From the NCBI GenBank assembly GCA_963675245.1, contig OY775910.1, forward strand, positions 704,001-768,000: 64,000 nucleotides of DNA, in the 5' to 3' direction. Positions 10,305 to 21,808 of the stretch are shown piece by piece (positions within the stretch are counted from its first letter, which is position 1; the number at the start of each line of letters is the position of its first letter). This stretch comes from Acholeplasmataceae bacterium (GTDB lineage: Bacteria; Bacillota_I; Bacilli_A; Acholeplasmatales; Acholeplasmataceae). Made by a program: the position numbers and the translations under genes. A model generated the notes under the pieces. The model did not search any database and was not told where the DNA came from. It worked only from the letters and a program-made list of their open reading frames with translations.

Positions 10305-11637
10305 TACGATTGCTGCCATCTCCACCGCTTTTGGTACAGCAGGCATTGCTGTGATCAGAATTAGTGGTGATGAAGCAATCAGCGAATTTAATCATATATT
10401 TAAAGGTCGTGATTTAACACAAGTAAAAAGTCACACCGTTTGGTATGGTCATGTTCTTGATGAAGAAGGAAATTATTTAGATGAAGTCATGGTAACCATT
10501 CTAAAAGGACCAAGATCATTTACTGCTGAAGATATGGTGGAGGTTTCCACACATGGCGGTATTTTAATCGTGCAAAAAGTGTTAGAACGCATCTTAACCC
10601 AAAATATCCGTTTAGCCGAACCAGGTGAATTTAGTGAACGTGCATATTTACACGGCAGAATTGATTTAGTAGAAGCTGAATCGATCATGGATTTAATTCA
10701 TGCCAAAAGCGAACAAGCACTAAAGATTGCTAATCTTGGTGTTCAAAAAGAAACATCAAATATGATTAGAAGATTAAGAGATCGCTTGTTATCAATTATT
10801 GCCCAAATTGAGGTTAACATTGATTATCCAGAATATGATGATGCCGTTGTCATGAGCAAGGAAATTATTAAACCAGAAACAGAAGGTCTTATCAAATCAA
10901 TTGATGAAATTATGAGAGAGTCAAAAAAGAATCAAATGATTAGAGAAGGGGTTAAAACGGCCATTATCGGTAGACCAAATGTTGGCAAGAGTAGTTTATT
11001 AAACGCGCTTTTAGATGAAGAAAAAGCAATCGTTACAGATATTGAAGGTACCACCAGAGACACAATTGAAGCACAGGTTAACGTACGTGGGGTAACACTT
11101 ATTTTAGTAGATACAGCGGGCATTAGAGAAACACAAGACAAGGTTGAAAAAATGGGTGTTGATCGCTCTAAAAAAGCGATTGAAGAGGCAGAACTTATTT
11201 TACTCGTATTAGATCAAAGTAAAGCACTTACCGATGAAGATAAAGAGCTTCTGAAATTAACAGAGAATAAAAGAAGACTCATTATCGGCAACAAATCAGA
11301 TTTGCCAAGTTCACTACATATTGAATCAATCCCAGTGTCAGCCCTCAATAAATCTGGGTTATCTCAATTAGAAGAAGCGATACTTGAAACATTATCTTTA
11401 TCAGATATTGAATCAAGAAACTATAACTATTTATCAAATGTAAGACATATCATGAAAGTGAAAGAAGCAAAAGAATCGCTTCTGAATGTCCTCGTTTCAA
11501 TTGAACAGAATATGCCAGTTGACGTCTACGCAATCGATTTAACACAAGCGTGGAAATCGTTAGGTGAAATATTGGGGGAATATTACCAAAATGATTTATT
11601 GAATGAATTATTCAGTAAATTTTGTTTGGGAAAATAA
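10285..11637 (+). CDS. mnmE: tRNA modification GTPase MnmE (start may be 10297)
   Basis: DTIAAIST, GRPNVGKSS, GTTRD, DTAG, C-terminal FCLGK. Confidence 0.97.
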   Translation: MSKTMNDTIAAISTAFGTAGIAVIRISGDEAISEFNHIFKGRDLTQVKSHTVWYGHVLDEEGNYLDEVMVTILKGPRSFTAEDMVEVSTHGGILIVQKVLERILTQNIRLAEPGEFSERAYLHGRIDLVEAESIMDLIHAKSEQALKIANLGVQKETSNMIRRLRDRLLSIIAQIEVNIDYPEYDDAVVMSKEIIKPETEGLIKSIDEIMRESKKNQMIREGVKTAIIGRPNVGKSSLLNALLDEEKAIVTDIEGTTRDTIEAQVNVRGVTLILVDTAGIRETQDKVEKMGVDRSKKAIEEAELILLVLDQSKALTDEDKELLKLTENKRRLIIGNKSDLPSSLHIESIPVSALNKSGLSQLEEAILETLSLSDIESRNYNYLSNVRHIMKVKEAKESLLNVLVSIEQNMPVDVYAIDLTQAWKSLGEILGEYYQNDLLNELFSKFCLGK

Positions 11638-11710
11638 CCTTATATGACACTAAAATATTTAGTGTATACATGATATAATAAAGTGAAATAAGAAAGGGAG
11701 GATGTTGTAT

Positions 11711-13357
11711 ATGGCATATGTCGCATTATATCGAACATATCGACCGAAATCATTTGATGAAGTAGCCGGACAAAAAGTGATCATAAAAACACTACAAAAT
11801 GCCATTGTTCACGACAAAATCCAGCATGCGTATTTATTTTCAGGACCAAGAGGTACTGGAAAAACATCAATTGCAAAAATATTTGCTAAATCGGTCAACT
11901 GCTTAAACCCTCAACATGGATCACCTTGTAATCAATGTGATGTGTGTGTTGGTATAGATAAAGGAGATATCGCTGATGTCATTGAAATCGATGCTGCATC
12001 AAATAACGGTGTCGATGAAATTAGAGACTTAAGAGACAAAGTTAAATATATGCCATCAGTAGGTAAATTTAAAGTGTACATCATCGATGAAGTGCACATG
12101 TTAACCACAGGGGCATTTAACGCGTTATTAAAAACACTTGAAGAACCACCTAAACACGTTATTTTCATTTTAGCAACCACGGAGGTTCACAAAGTACCAC
12201 CTACGATTCTTTCAAGATGTCAACGATTCGATTTTAAAAACATCGAAACGAAAGATATGGTTGAAAAATTAAATGAGATTATTGAGAAAGAACAAATCGC
12301 AATAGATCCAGAAGCGGTGCAAGCAATTGCTGAAAATGCTGAAGGTGGATTACGTGACGCAATTAGTTTATTAGACCAAGCGATTTCTTATGCTGAGAGC
12401 AACATCACTGAAGAAGATGTTCACCAGGTATCTGGCTCAGTGTCAAAAACATCACTTACAAAAATTCTACAAGCGATCTCAAGTAAAGAAATAACAAACG
12501 CGATTATTATTTTGAAAGACTTAATTGCAGAAGGTAAAGAAATTAGTCGTATTGTCACAGACTTGATCTTAGCCCTTCGAGATATTTTATTAGAAAAGAC
12601 AACAACTGTTGAAATGCCTAAGTATGAAGAGTTCGCATCAACTTTGGCAACGGAAAAAATATATTTTTATTTAGAAGTTTTGAATGAACTTCAACAAGAC
12701 ATGAAATGGACTCATCAAAAGCGTGCTTATGTTGAATTAGCACTCATTAAGATGATGGACCATCAAACATTACAAACGATTGATTATGCTGGTGTGATTG
12801 AAGGCCTTAAAAATGACATTCATGAATTAAAAGAAAAAATAGATGCAGCACCAGTACGTGTAACCGAATCAAAGAAGAAAGATGCTTTAGTCACAATTAA
12901 AGACGTTGAAAAGATTTTAAATCAAGGCGATAAAGCAAAGAAAGAATTACTGTTATCGGCGTGGGATAGATTGAAAGATTATCCAAAAGCTGATTTGAAG
13001 ATGGCAGCCTACCTTCTCTATCAAGGAGAATTAGAAGCTGTATCAGATAAAATGCTACTTGTTTATGATGATATATCGATTTGTAAAAAACTTTATGACG
13101 AAACCGTTATGGCACAAATTCTATCGATTATGAATGCGAAATCACAACTCATAGATGGCTATGTGGCGATTTTAAAATCAGACTGGTTAGTTCTAAAAAA
13201 ACTATATATTGAACAACACGCAAAAGGCATTAAAAAGCCAAAGTTTGGACCTTACGATTTAAAACTATATAAAGAACCTGAAATGCTTAAGAAAGATGCA
13301 GAGATTATTAATCTCGCAAAAGAATATTTTGGTGACCTAGTCACTGTTAAGGAGTAA
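11711..13357 (+). CDS. dnaX: DNA polymerase III subunit gamma/tau
   Basis: YVALYRTYRP, GPRGTGKT, zinc-binding Cys, IDEVHML, SRC motif; RBS GGAGG. Confidence 0.97.
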   Translation: MAYVALYRTYRPKSFDEVAGQKVIIKTLQNAIVHDKIQHAYLFSGPRGTGKTSIAKIFAKSVNCLNPQHGSPCNQCDVCVGIDKGDIADVIEIDAASNNGVDEIRDLRDKVKYMPSVGKFKVYIIDEVHMLTTGAFNALLKTLEEPPKHVIFILATTEVHKVPPTILSRCQRFDFKNIETKDMVEKLNEIIEKEQIAIDPEAVQAIAENAEGGLRDAISLLDQAISYAESNITEEDVHQVSGSVSKTSLTKILQAISSKEITNAIIILKDLIAEGKEISRIVTDLILALRDILLEKTTTVEMPKYEEFASTLATEKIYFYLEVLNELQQDMKWTHQKRAYVELALIKMMDHQTLQTIDYAGVIEGLKNDIHELKEKIDAAPVRVTESKKKDALVTIKDVEKILNQGDKAKKELLLSAWDRLKDYPKADLKMAAYLLYQGELEAVSDKMLLVYDDISICKKLYDETVMAQILSIMNAKSQLIDGYVAILKSDWLVLKKLYIEQHAKGIKKPKFGPYDLKLYKEPEMLKKDAEIINLAKEYFGDLVTVKE

Positions 13358-13361
13358 AGAT

Positions 13362-13652
13362 ATGAATCCAAACATGATTAATAAACTTAAAAAAATACAA
13401 AAACAAATGATGGAAGCGCAAGAAGCACTCGAAAGTAAAGAGTTTTTCGGACGTGCAAGCGGCGTTACAGTGATTATGCAAGGATCACGCCAAGTGATTG
13501 ATGTTCAAATTAATCCTGACATTATTGAAGAAGTTGAATTGCTACAAGACGCTGTGTTACTCGCAACCAATGACGCATTAAAACAAATTGAAAAAGAACA
13601 AGAAGAAACTATGGGTCAATTTACTGGTGGTATGGGAGGATTTGGATTTTAA
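13362..13652 (+). CDS. ybaB: YbaB/EbfC nucleoid-associated protein
   Basis: Typical sequence and position between dnaX and recR. Confidence 0.9.
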   Translation: MNPNMINKLKKIQKQMMEAQEALESKEFFGRASGVTVIMQGSRQVIDVQINPDIIEEVELLQDAVLLATNDALKQIEKEQEETMGQFTGGMGGFGF

Positions 13653-14242
13653 TGTATCCAATCAGTTTAAAACGTATTATTGAAGATTTCCAAAAACTAC
13701 CTGGCATAGGTGAAAAAACAGCTGAAAGATTAGCGCTTCATCTCGTTACACAATTTAATGATGAAGATATCGCTGATTTTTCCAAACACTTAAGCGATTT
13801 AAAAGACGCCATTCATCCATGCCCAATTTGTGGCATGTTAACTGATCAAAAAACATGTCAAATTTGCCAAGACGAATCAAGAGATGATCAAACGATTATG
13901 GTTGTCGCAGACCCTAAAGATGTATTTGTGATGGAAAAAATGGCAACTTATCGCGGTAAATATCATGTATTAGGTGGTCTCATTGATTTTTCAAGAGGCA
14001 TCACAGACAAAGAATTAAATATTGAAGGTCTAGAACAAAGAATAGCACGCACAAAAGAAATCATTCTAGCAACGAACGGCACAGTAGAAGGCGAAATGAC
14101 AGCTAAATTCATCAAAGCTTTCTTTGCAGACAAAGACATTATGGTAACAAGATTAGCCTCTGGTTTACCAGTTGGTGCTGATTTAAGATATGCAGACGAT
14201 TTAACTTTAAGTAAGGCTGTAGAAAATAGGTTGAAATACTAG
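13652..14242 (+). CDS. recR: Recombination mediator RecR
   Basis: LPGIGEKTAERLA HhH, C4 zinc finger, Toprim (ATNGTVEGE), GLPVGADL. Confidence 0.97.
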   Translation: MYPISLKRIIEDFQKLPGIGEKTAERLALHLVTQFNDEDIADFSKHLSDLKDAIHPCPICGMLTDQKTCQICQDESRDDQTIMVVADPKDVFVMEKMATYRGKYHVLGGLIDFSRGITDKELNIEGLEQRIARTKEIILATNGTVEGEMTAKFIKAFFADKDIMVTRLASGLPVGADLRYADDLTLSKAVENRLKY

Positions 14243-14253
14243 GAGGAACCAAT

Positions 14254-14526
14254 ATGTGGGAAGCTATTAGCAATTTTTTTGTCAATATTTATGGTAGTGT
14301 CAATGAATGGATAAAAAGCGTTTTTCAATTTGATCAAATTTTTATGGATTTATATAATCAATTTATTGTCCCTCTTCCAGAACTCATTAAGATTCTCGGT
14401 GCTGGGTTATTAGTAATTATTATCATCTTAGGTGTGATTAGTTTTGTGAAGAAAATGCTGAAGTTATTTATCGTAATTGCAGTCATTTTAGCCATTGTTT
14501 TCCTAGTCACGCAATTAACATCATAA
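14254..14526 (+). CDS. Small hypothetical membrane protein
   Basis: RBS AGGAGG, two hydrophobic C-terminal helices. Confidence 0.75.
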   Translation: MWEAISNFFVNIYGSVNEWIKSVFQFDQIFMDLYNQFIVPLPELIKILGAGLLVIIIILGVISFVKKMLKLFIVIAVILAIVFLVTQLTS

Positions 14527-14532
14527 AAACAC

Positions 14533-14561
14533 TTGCAAAATGGTCGCTAATCGTTTACAAT
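14533..14561 (+). promoter_or_regulatory. SigA promoter of rpoE
   Basis: TTGCAA-17bp-TACAAT. Confidence 0.65.
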
Positions 14562-14586
14562 AGATTACGATTTCTAGGAGGCAAAA

Positions 14587-15183
14587 ATGAAGGATAACCT
14601 AAAAGACTTAGCAATGCTTGATATTGCTGAAGCGCTATTGAAAGAAAATGGAAAACCAATGTCAATTAATGACTTGATTGATAAAGTCGCTCAAATCAAA
14701 GGCATTGATCAAGAAGATTATGATAAATTCACACAACTCTATATGGACATTACTCAAAGTGCAAAATTTGTTTATAGCGGTAATGATGAATGGGATTTAA
14801 AAGAAAGAAACTTAGAGCTGTGGGATAAAGACGGCTATGCTTTTGTTACACCTGAAGAAATAGAAGAGGCTGAAGAAGAAGAGGAAGATCTTGAGTTTAC
14901 AGAATTCGTTCTTGAAGAAAAAGAAGAAGAAGACGAACATGAAGATGAAGAAGATGAAATCGACGAAGACGAAGACGACATAGACGAAGAAGCAAGAAAG
15001 AAAAAAGCTGAAGAAGAGCAAGAACGTAAAGAAGAAGAAGCTTATATTGAAGTTGAACTCGATATTAAATCAACTGATGATGACGACGTTGATGATGACA
15101 TTGATCTTGAATTTGATGAATACGATGAAGACGACTACAATGAAATCATGGACGATTATGAAGATATGTATGATGATGACTGA
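14587..15183 (+). CDS. rpoE: RNA polymerase delta subunit
   Basis: HARE-HTH N-terminus (LYMDIT..FVYSGNDEWDLK) plus long D/E-rich tail. Confidence 0.9.
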   Translation: MKDNLKDLAMLDIAEALLKENGKPMSINDLIDKVAQIKGIDQEDYDKFTQLYMDITQSAKFVYSGNDEWDLKERNLELWDKDGYAFVTPEEIEEAEEEEEDLEFTEFVLEEKEEEDEHEDEEDEIDEDEDDIDEEARKKKAEEEQERKEEEAYIEVELDIKSTDDDDVDDDIDLEFDEYDEDDYNEIMDDYEDMYDDD

Positions 15184-15208
15184 TTCATCATCACACGTCT
15201 AAACAGGA

Positions 15209-15250
15209 AGAAGACACTGTGTCTAATTGGGACGGTGTTTTTTCTTTTTC
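15209..15250 (+). terminator. Rho-independent terminator
   Basis: aagacactgt...acggtgtttt hairpin plus T tract. Confidence 0.6.
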
Positions 15251-15285
15251 ATGTTATAATAATGATAATTTTAGGAGGCTATATC

Positions 15286-16671
15286 ATGAATGAAAACCTA
15301 TCAATAATGGAACTACAAAAGCGTATGAATCATGCAGAATTAACATCTGTAGAGATTGTTCATTTTTATCTTGATAGAATAAAAACCATCGATAAAAGTT
15401 ATAATGCTGTCTATATGGTTAATCCTGATGCCCTTGATATGGCAATAAAATGTGATGAAGAGCGCAAAAAAGGTAAAGTGCGATCTTTGATGCACGGGAT
15501 ACCCGTTTTATTAAAAGATAATATTAATACCGCTGGCAAACAAACAACAACCGCTGGCACGACGATCTTAAAAGACCATTACGCATTAGAAGACGCGACA
15601 CTTGTTAAGACACTTAAAAAAAGTGGTGCAGTTATTTTAGGTAAAACAAATCTAACCGAACTTGCTTGTTTTAAAACATTTACAGGTATCAATGGTTTCT
15701 CAAGTCTGGGGGGTCAAGTGATTTTCCCTTGGGATATCAAAGAAGATCCGAGCGGTAGTTCAACGGGTAGTGCAGTAGCTGTCGCGTTACGCTTAGCACC
15801 GGTTTCAGTGGGTACAGAAACAGGAGGTAGTATAATGTCACCTGCCATGAGAAATGGTGTTGTTGGATTAAAACCAACCATAGGATTAGTGCCTAGAACG
15901 GGGATTCTACCTATTTCACACACGCTTGACACAGCTGGACCTATGGCGAACAAAGTAAGTGATTTAGCCGTTTTATTATCAAGTATGAGAAGTAATGACC
16001 CTAGAGATGTTGTCACTATGGAGAAAAGCGATAAGAATATAGACTACACTGACTTTTTGTCAACAAACAACGTCAAGCGCATTGGATTAGTTAGAACGAG
16101 CATTTATCCAATACCTGAAGGTAGAGAAGATATATTTCAAAAAATGTGTGAACACTTAGCTGATTTAGGGTTTGAACTCGTTGAAGTTGACGTGCCAGAA
16201 GTAGAAAAGATTTACCCCATTATGAAATATGAATTTAAACATGATTTAAATCTATATCTAAAGACAGAACATACAAATATAACGTTAGCAGATATCATTA
16301 AACATAATAGTCAACACCCTGAAGAAAATTTAAAATATGGTCAAGCTGTATTAGTTGAAACACAAGAACAAACTTCTGGACACATGGATGAAGAAGAGTA
16401 TTTAGATGCATTAGACGAAAGACAAGATATTAAATCTAAGATTAATGACATTTTCAAAAAACAAAATCTAGATATGCTCTACTTCGTGAGTTATACAAGT
16501 ATCGGTCCTGAATGTGGATTTCCAACATTATCATTACCCGTTGGATTTGATCATATGGGATATCCGTTTGGCACCTATTTTCTAGCACCGTATTGGCAAG
16601 AAGGAAATTTAATAGAGGTTGCTAATAAATTAGAAAAACGTCTTAATTTAACTGTAAATCCTTTAAAGTAA
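15286..16671 (+). CDS. Amidase-signature family protein
   Basis: GIPVLLKDNI, PSGSSTGS, GTETGGSI (Ser-cisSer-Lys triad); RBS AGGAGG. Confidence 0.92.
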   Translation: MNENLSIMELQKRMNHAELTSVEIVHFYLDRIKTIDKSYNAVYMVNPDALDMAIKCDEERKKGKVRSLMHGIPVLLKDNINTAGKQTTTAGTTILKDHYALEDATLVKTLKKSGAVILGKTNLTELACFKTFTGINGFSSLGGQVIFPWDIKEDPSGSSTGSAVAVALRLAPVSVGTETGGSIMSPAMRNGVVGLKPTIGLVPRTGILPISHTLDTAGPMANKVSDLAVLLSSMRSNDPRDVVTMEKSDKNIDYTDFLSTNNVKRIGLVRTSIYPIPEGREDIFQKMCEHLADLGFELVEVDVPEVEKIYPIMKYEFKHDLNLYLKTEHTNITLADIIKHNSQHPEENLKYGQAVLVETQEQTSGHMDEEEYLDALDERQDIKSKINDIFKKQNLDMLYFVSYTSIGPECGFPTLSLPVGFDHMGYPFGTYFLAPYWQEGNLIEVANKLEKRLNLTVNPLK

Positions 16672-16711
16672 AGATAAGGTGTTTATCGAAAACACCTTAT
16701 CTTCTTTTTTT
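16671..16711 (+). terminator. Rho-independent terminator
   Basis: aagataaggtgttt-atcga-aaacaccttatctt plus T tract. Confidence 0.85.
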
Positions 16712-16741
16712 GATACAATAGGTATGGAAGGAGTTGGTCTT

Positions 16742-17356
16742 ATGTGGTATGAATGGTTAGGATATGCAGCATCATTAATCGTATTAGTGTCGTTAGTGAT
16801 GAGTTCTGTCAAAAGATTACGTTGGATAAATTTAGCAGGTTCATTGGTGTTTGCTGCTTACGGTATTTTAATTGAAAGTTATCCAGTAGCCATTATGAAT
16901 TTTGGTATTGTTTTGGTTAACACGTATTACCTTTATAATATCTATCATCAAAAGGATGCTTTAAAGGTAGTCCCAATTCAATCAGATGTGGCATACTTAG
17001 AAATATTTGTGAATCAATATTTAAATGATATGAAAAAATTTATGGCAACCGATACAGAGGTCTTATATCAAAAAGATTATACAAAGTTCTTTGTTACAAG
17101 AAATACAGTACCAGCGGGTTTATTTGTGGGTAAAAAAAATAATGATCAACTTGATGTTTTAATTGATTATACAACACCGGCGTATAGAGACTTTAAGATA
17201 GGTAATTTTATCTATGAAACAAATAAAAATAAGTTTGAAGAAATGGGTATAAAAAAGCTCGTAAGTGAAAAAGGAACACCTAAACACCAGAGTTATTTAG
17301 AACGTATGGGATTCGTATTAAATAAAGAAACAGACATGATGGAAAAATCGTTGTAG
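16742..17356 (+). CDS. YgjV-like membrane domain fused to a GNAT-like C-terminal domain
   Basis: WLGYAAS..LRWINLAGS..AYG..N membrane region; C-terminal IDYTTPAYRDFKIG..YLERMGF. Confidence 0.7.
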   Translation: MWYEWLGYAASLIVLVSLVMSSVKRLRWINLAGSLVFAAYGILIESYPVAIMNFGIVLVNTYYLYNIYHQKDALKVVPIQSDVAYLEIFVNQYLNDMKKFMATDTEVLYQKDYTKFFVTRNTVPAGLFVGKKNNDQLDVLIDYTTPAYRDFKIGNFIYETNKNKFEEMGIKKLVSEKGTPKHQSYLERMGFVLNKETDMMEKSL

Positions 17357-17373
17357 TTTTTGCAATTTCGTTA

Positions 17374-17450
17374 TTGCTAGGTATAAGTGATTTTGATATA
17401 ATGATTAAGAGCACGCTATCGGCCTCTTCTGAAAGAGGCCATTATTTTTT
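17374..17450 (+). promoter_or_regulatory. pyrG promoter and leader attenuator hairpin
   Basis: TTGCTA-17bp-(TG)TATAAT, predicted +1 GAGCAC, 8-bp stem ggcctctt/aagaggcc plus U-rich tail before the RBS. Confidence 0.7.
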
Positions 17451-17463
17451 AAAAAGCGTATAA

Positions 17464-19080
<1,617 letters not shown>

Positions 19081-19159
19081 CCCATAATCGCACTTTATTC
19101 GTTGATATAAAAGTCGTTTAGGGGTATAATAAAAATGATATTTTTCAAGGAGGAAAACT

Positions 19160-20023
19160 ATGTTAGTATCAGCAAAAGAAATGCTTGAAAAAGCACATAA
19201 AGAAGGATATGGTGTTGCACAAATCAACATTAATAACCTTGAATGGACAAAAGCAGTCCTAGAAGTAGTAAAAGAATTAAAATCACCAGTTATTTTAGGC
19301 GTATCAGAAGGTGCTTCAAAATACATGGGCGGTTTTGAAACAGTTGTAGCCATGGTGAAAGCTTTAGATAAACACTATGATATCAAAGAACCAGTCGCTA
19401 TTCATTTAGACCACGGTACATATGAAGGTGCATTTAAGGCGTTAGAAGCAGGATATACATCAATTATGTTTGATGGTTCACATTATCCATTTGAAGAAAA
19501 TTTAGAAAAGACAAAAGAAGTCGTTGCTGCTTGCCATGCTAAAGGCGTATCAGTTGAAGCAGAAGTTGGTTCAATTGGTGGTGAAGAAGACGGCGTCATC
19601 GGTTTAGGTGAAGTTGCAGATCCTGAAGAATGCCGACAAATCGCTGCAACAGGTGTTGATATGTTTGCTGCGGGTATTGGTAATATTCACGGTGCATATC
19701 CAGAAAACTGGCCAGGTCTTCGTTTTGATGTTTTAGAAAATGTAAAAAATGCGACAGGCGATATTCCACTAGTACTTCATGGAGGTACAGGTATTCCAGC
19801 TGAAATGGTTCAAAAAGCTATTTCATTAGGCGTTTCAAAAGTAAACGTAAATACTGAATTACAATGGGCTTTTGCAGAAGCAACTCGTAAATACATTGAA
19901 GCAGGCAAAGACAAAGTTGGTAAAGGTTTTGATCCAAGAAAACTATTAGCTCCTGGTACAGAAGCTGCTAAACAAGTCGTTAGAGACAAGTTTGCTATGT
20001 TTGGATCAGTTGGTAAAGCTTAA
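19160..20023 (+). CDS. fba: Class II fructose-1,6-bisphosphate aldolase
   Basis: IHLDHG, GNIHG, VLHGGTG, KVNVNTE. Confidence 0.97.
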   Translation: MLVSAKEMLEKAHKEGYGVAQININNLEWTKAVLEVVKELKSPVILGVSEGASKYMGGFETVVAMVKALDKHYDIKEPVAIHLDHGTYEGAFKALEAGYTSIMFDGSHYPFEENLEKTKEVVAACHAKGVSVEAEVGSIGGEEDGVIGLGEVADPEECRQIAATGVDMFAAGIGNIHGAYPENWPGLRFDVLENVKNATGDIPLVLHGGTGIPAEMVQKAISLGVSKVNVNTELQWAFAEATRKYIEAGKDKVGKGFDPRKLLAPGTEAAKQVVRDKFAMFGSVGKA

Positions 20024-20026
20024 GTT

Positions 20027-20584
20027 ATGCCAACACGTGATGAGTCGATTTATCACGAGTACGCCAATTGGAAACTAGAATATCACGATTTAATTCAATA
20101 CCTAAAAGAAAACGACTCGGATTTAATCATTCGCTTTAGACATGTATTTGATGTCACAGACTTTCTATATGAAAAACTGATTGATGATCCTACATTTTCA
20201 GATGAGGAAAATCAAATCTTTGAGACTGGCTTTTATTACATCTTTGACCAAATAGATAAAATTAACGATTTACTTATGGAATCATATGATGGAAAAGTGG
20301 ATGTCCTTGAGAAACGTGCAAAAGATGTTAATTTATTATTAAACACGATTGACTTTCAAAATGAATTACTCAGCTCTGATGGGTATAAACAAAAAGATCT
20401 TGATGAATTAACAAAGTTAGAAGTGAAAATTGAGTCTCAGTTAAAAGATCATGAAGATATTTCAAGTGAATTATTTGATAGACTTGATCAATTAAGCTAT
20501 AGAATTTTTCATGATATGGGTATTGATTTTTATCCAATTAATGATATTTTCTTTGAAATTGCTGATGAATTGGGTATCTTATAA
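20027..20584 (+). CDS. Hypothetical acidic helical protein
   Basis: 185-aa ORF starting 3 nt after the fba stop, followed by a terminator. Confidence 0.7.
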   Translation: MPTRDESIYHEYANWKLEYHDLIQYLKENDSDLIIRFRHVFDVTDFLYEKLIDDPTFSDEENQIFETGFYYIFDQIDKINDLLMESYDGKVDVLEKRAKDVNLLLNTIDFQNELLSSDGYKQKDLDELTKLEVKIESQLKDHEDISSELFDRLDQLSYRIFHDMGIDFYPINDIFFEIADELGIL

Positions 20585-20607
20585 GGCTCTCCTTTGAGAG
20601 CCTTTAT
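20583..20607 (+). terminator. Rho-independent terminator
   Basis: aaggctctc-cttt-gagagcctt. Confidence 0.7.
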
Positions 20608-20647
20608 GCTATAATTAATTTAACATAATCGTTAAAGGGAGGATATA

Positions 20648-21772
20648 ATGAAAAAAGTTCTATTATCAATGATTTTATTAGCTTTGACGTTTGTATTATT
20701 CGCATGTGATCCATACAATGTGGATAGTTTTAGAGAAGGCGACATTGTTGAGATGTCCAATGATGATGTAGTAAGTATGTTAAGTGCTGTAGATTGGGAA
20801 GCTGCTGGGGAAGCGATACAATTAGATATTCACGCTGATGTCGATATTCAAACCGAATCATCTTCAAGCTTTTTTGATTCCAATTTTGAATCAAGTGTTG
20901 ATTTAAATGCGGTTTTCGATTCAACAACCTATGTTCAATACAGTGATTTAATTTCGGATGTTGCTCTTCATTCTGAATCAGAATTAGAATTTAGTTATGA
21001 CACAGAAACTACATTTAATGCATCAACAACATCGGTAGATATGAGTGGATCTGGCGCATTAAATGTTTACTTTAGTGAAGGATTCCTCTATGTTAATCCG
21101 AGTGTAGATATGTCATCAAATGGTACAGAATTTTCAATCAGTGGAAAAGAAAAGTTGAATGAAGAAGTCACACAAGCGATGTGGAATGAGTTTAACAATG
21201 AAATAAATATCGGTGATGTAAACCCAGGTGGGATGACATCTATTTATGATATAATGACCGAATTACTTGTATTATTTGACGAAGAACACACGGCAGATTT
21301 TCTTGAAGCATTCCCAATGATTACAGTATATCAAAAGGGAACAGTAACGAATGTTCATTTTGAAGTTGATAAAGCATTTATTTTAGAACACGCAGAAGAT
21401 TTATTAGTTTTTATGTTTGATATGATGGTAGAATCTGGTGAAGAAGTTTTTACACCTGAAGAAATTTCAGCAGAAATTATTGATGCCTTGGCAGAACTCA
21501 ATGAGTATATGGATTATTTTGACGTACTTAGCATGTCCATGGATATCATCATTGATGGTGGGAATCTTGTTAAATACGCAGCTTCAATGACGATGAAAAC
21601 AGTCACAGGATCACTTGATGATTTGGGTGCCGCAATAGATATTACATTTTCAATAGAAGCGAATTTCGGTGTGAACCTACCGAGTTTCCCTAACGATTTA
21701 GGTGATTATACACCGGTTGATGAGATCGGTGAAAATTATGATTTTAGTTCAATGGTGACTTTAGTAAATTAA
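20648..21772 (+). CDS. Hypothetical acidic lipoprotein
   Basis: RBS GGAGG, signal MKK..LFAC lipobox. Confidence 0.8.
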   Translation: MKKVLLSMILLALTFVLFACDPYNVDSFREGDIVEMSNDDVVSMLSAVDWEAAGEAIQLDIHADVDIQTESSSSFFDSNFESSVDLNAVFDSTTYVQYSDLISDVALHSESELEFSYDTETTFNASTTSVDMSGSGALNVYFSEGFLYVNPSVDMSSNGTEFSISGKEKLNEEVTQAMWNEFNNEINIGDVNPGGMTSIYDIMTELLVLFDEEHTADFLEAFPMITVYQKGTVTNVHFEVDKAFILEHAEDLLVFMFDMMVESGEEVFTPEEISAEIIDALAELNEYMDYFDVLSMSMDIIIDGGNLVKYAASMTMKTVTGSLDDLGAAIDITFSIEANFGVNLPSFPNDLGDYTPVDEIGENYDFSSMVTLVN

Positions 21773-21783
21773 ATGACAAAATA

Positions 21784-21806
21784 AAAAGGGCGTCAAGCCC
21801 TTTTTT
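21784..21806. terminator. Bidirectional terminator between the lipoprotein gene and lysS
   Basis: aaaaagggc-gtcaa-gcccttttt. Confidence 0.8.
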
Positions 21807-21808
21807 CT

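Noticed and set aside
14850..15183. (GAA/GAT/GAC)n low-complexity tract and the antisense Phe-rich ORF
   Set aside because: Simply encodes the acidic tail of RNA polymerase delta; not a repeat array
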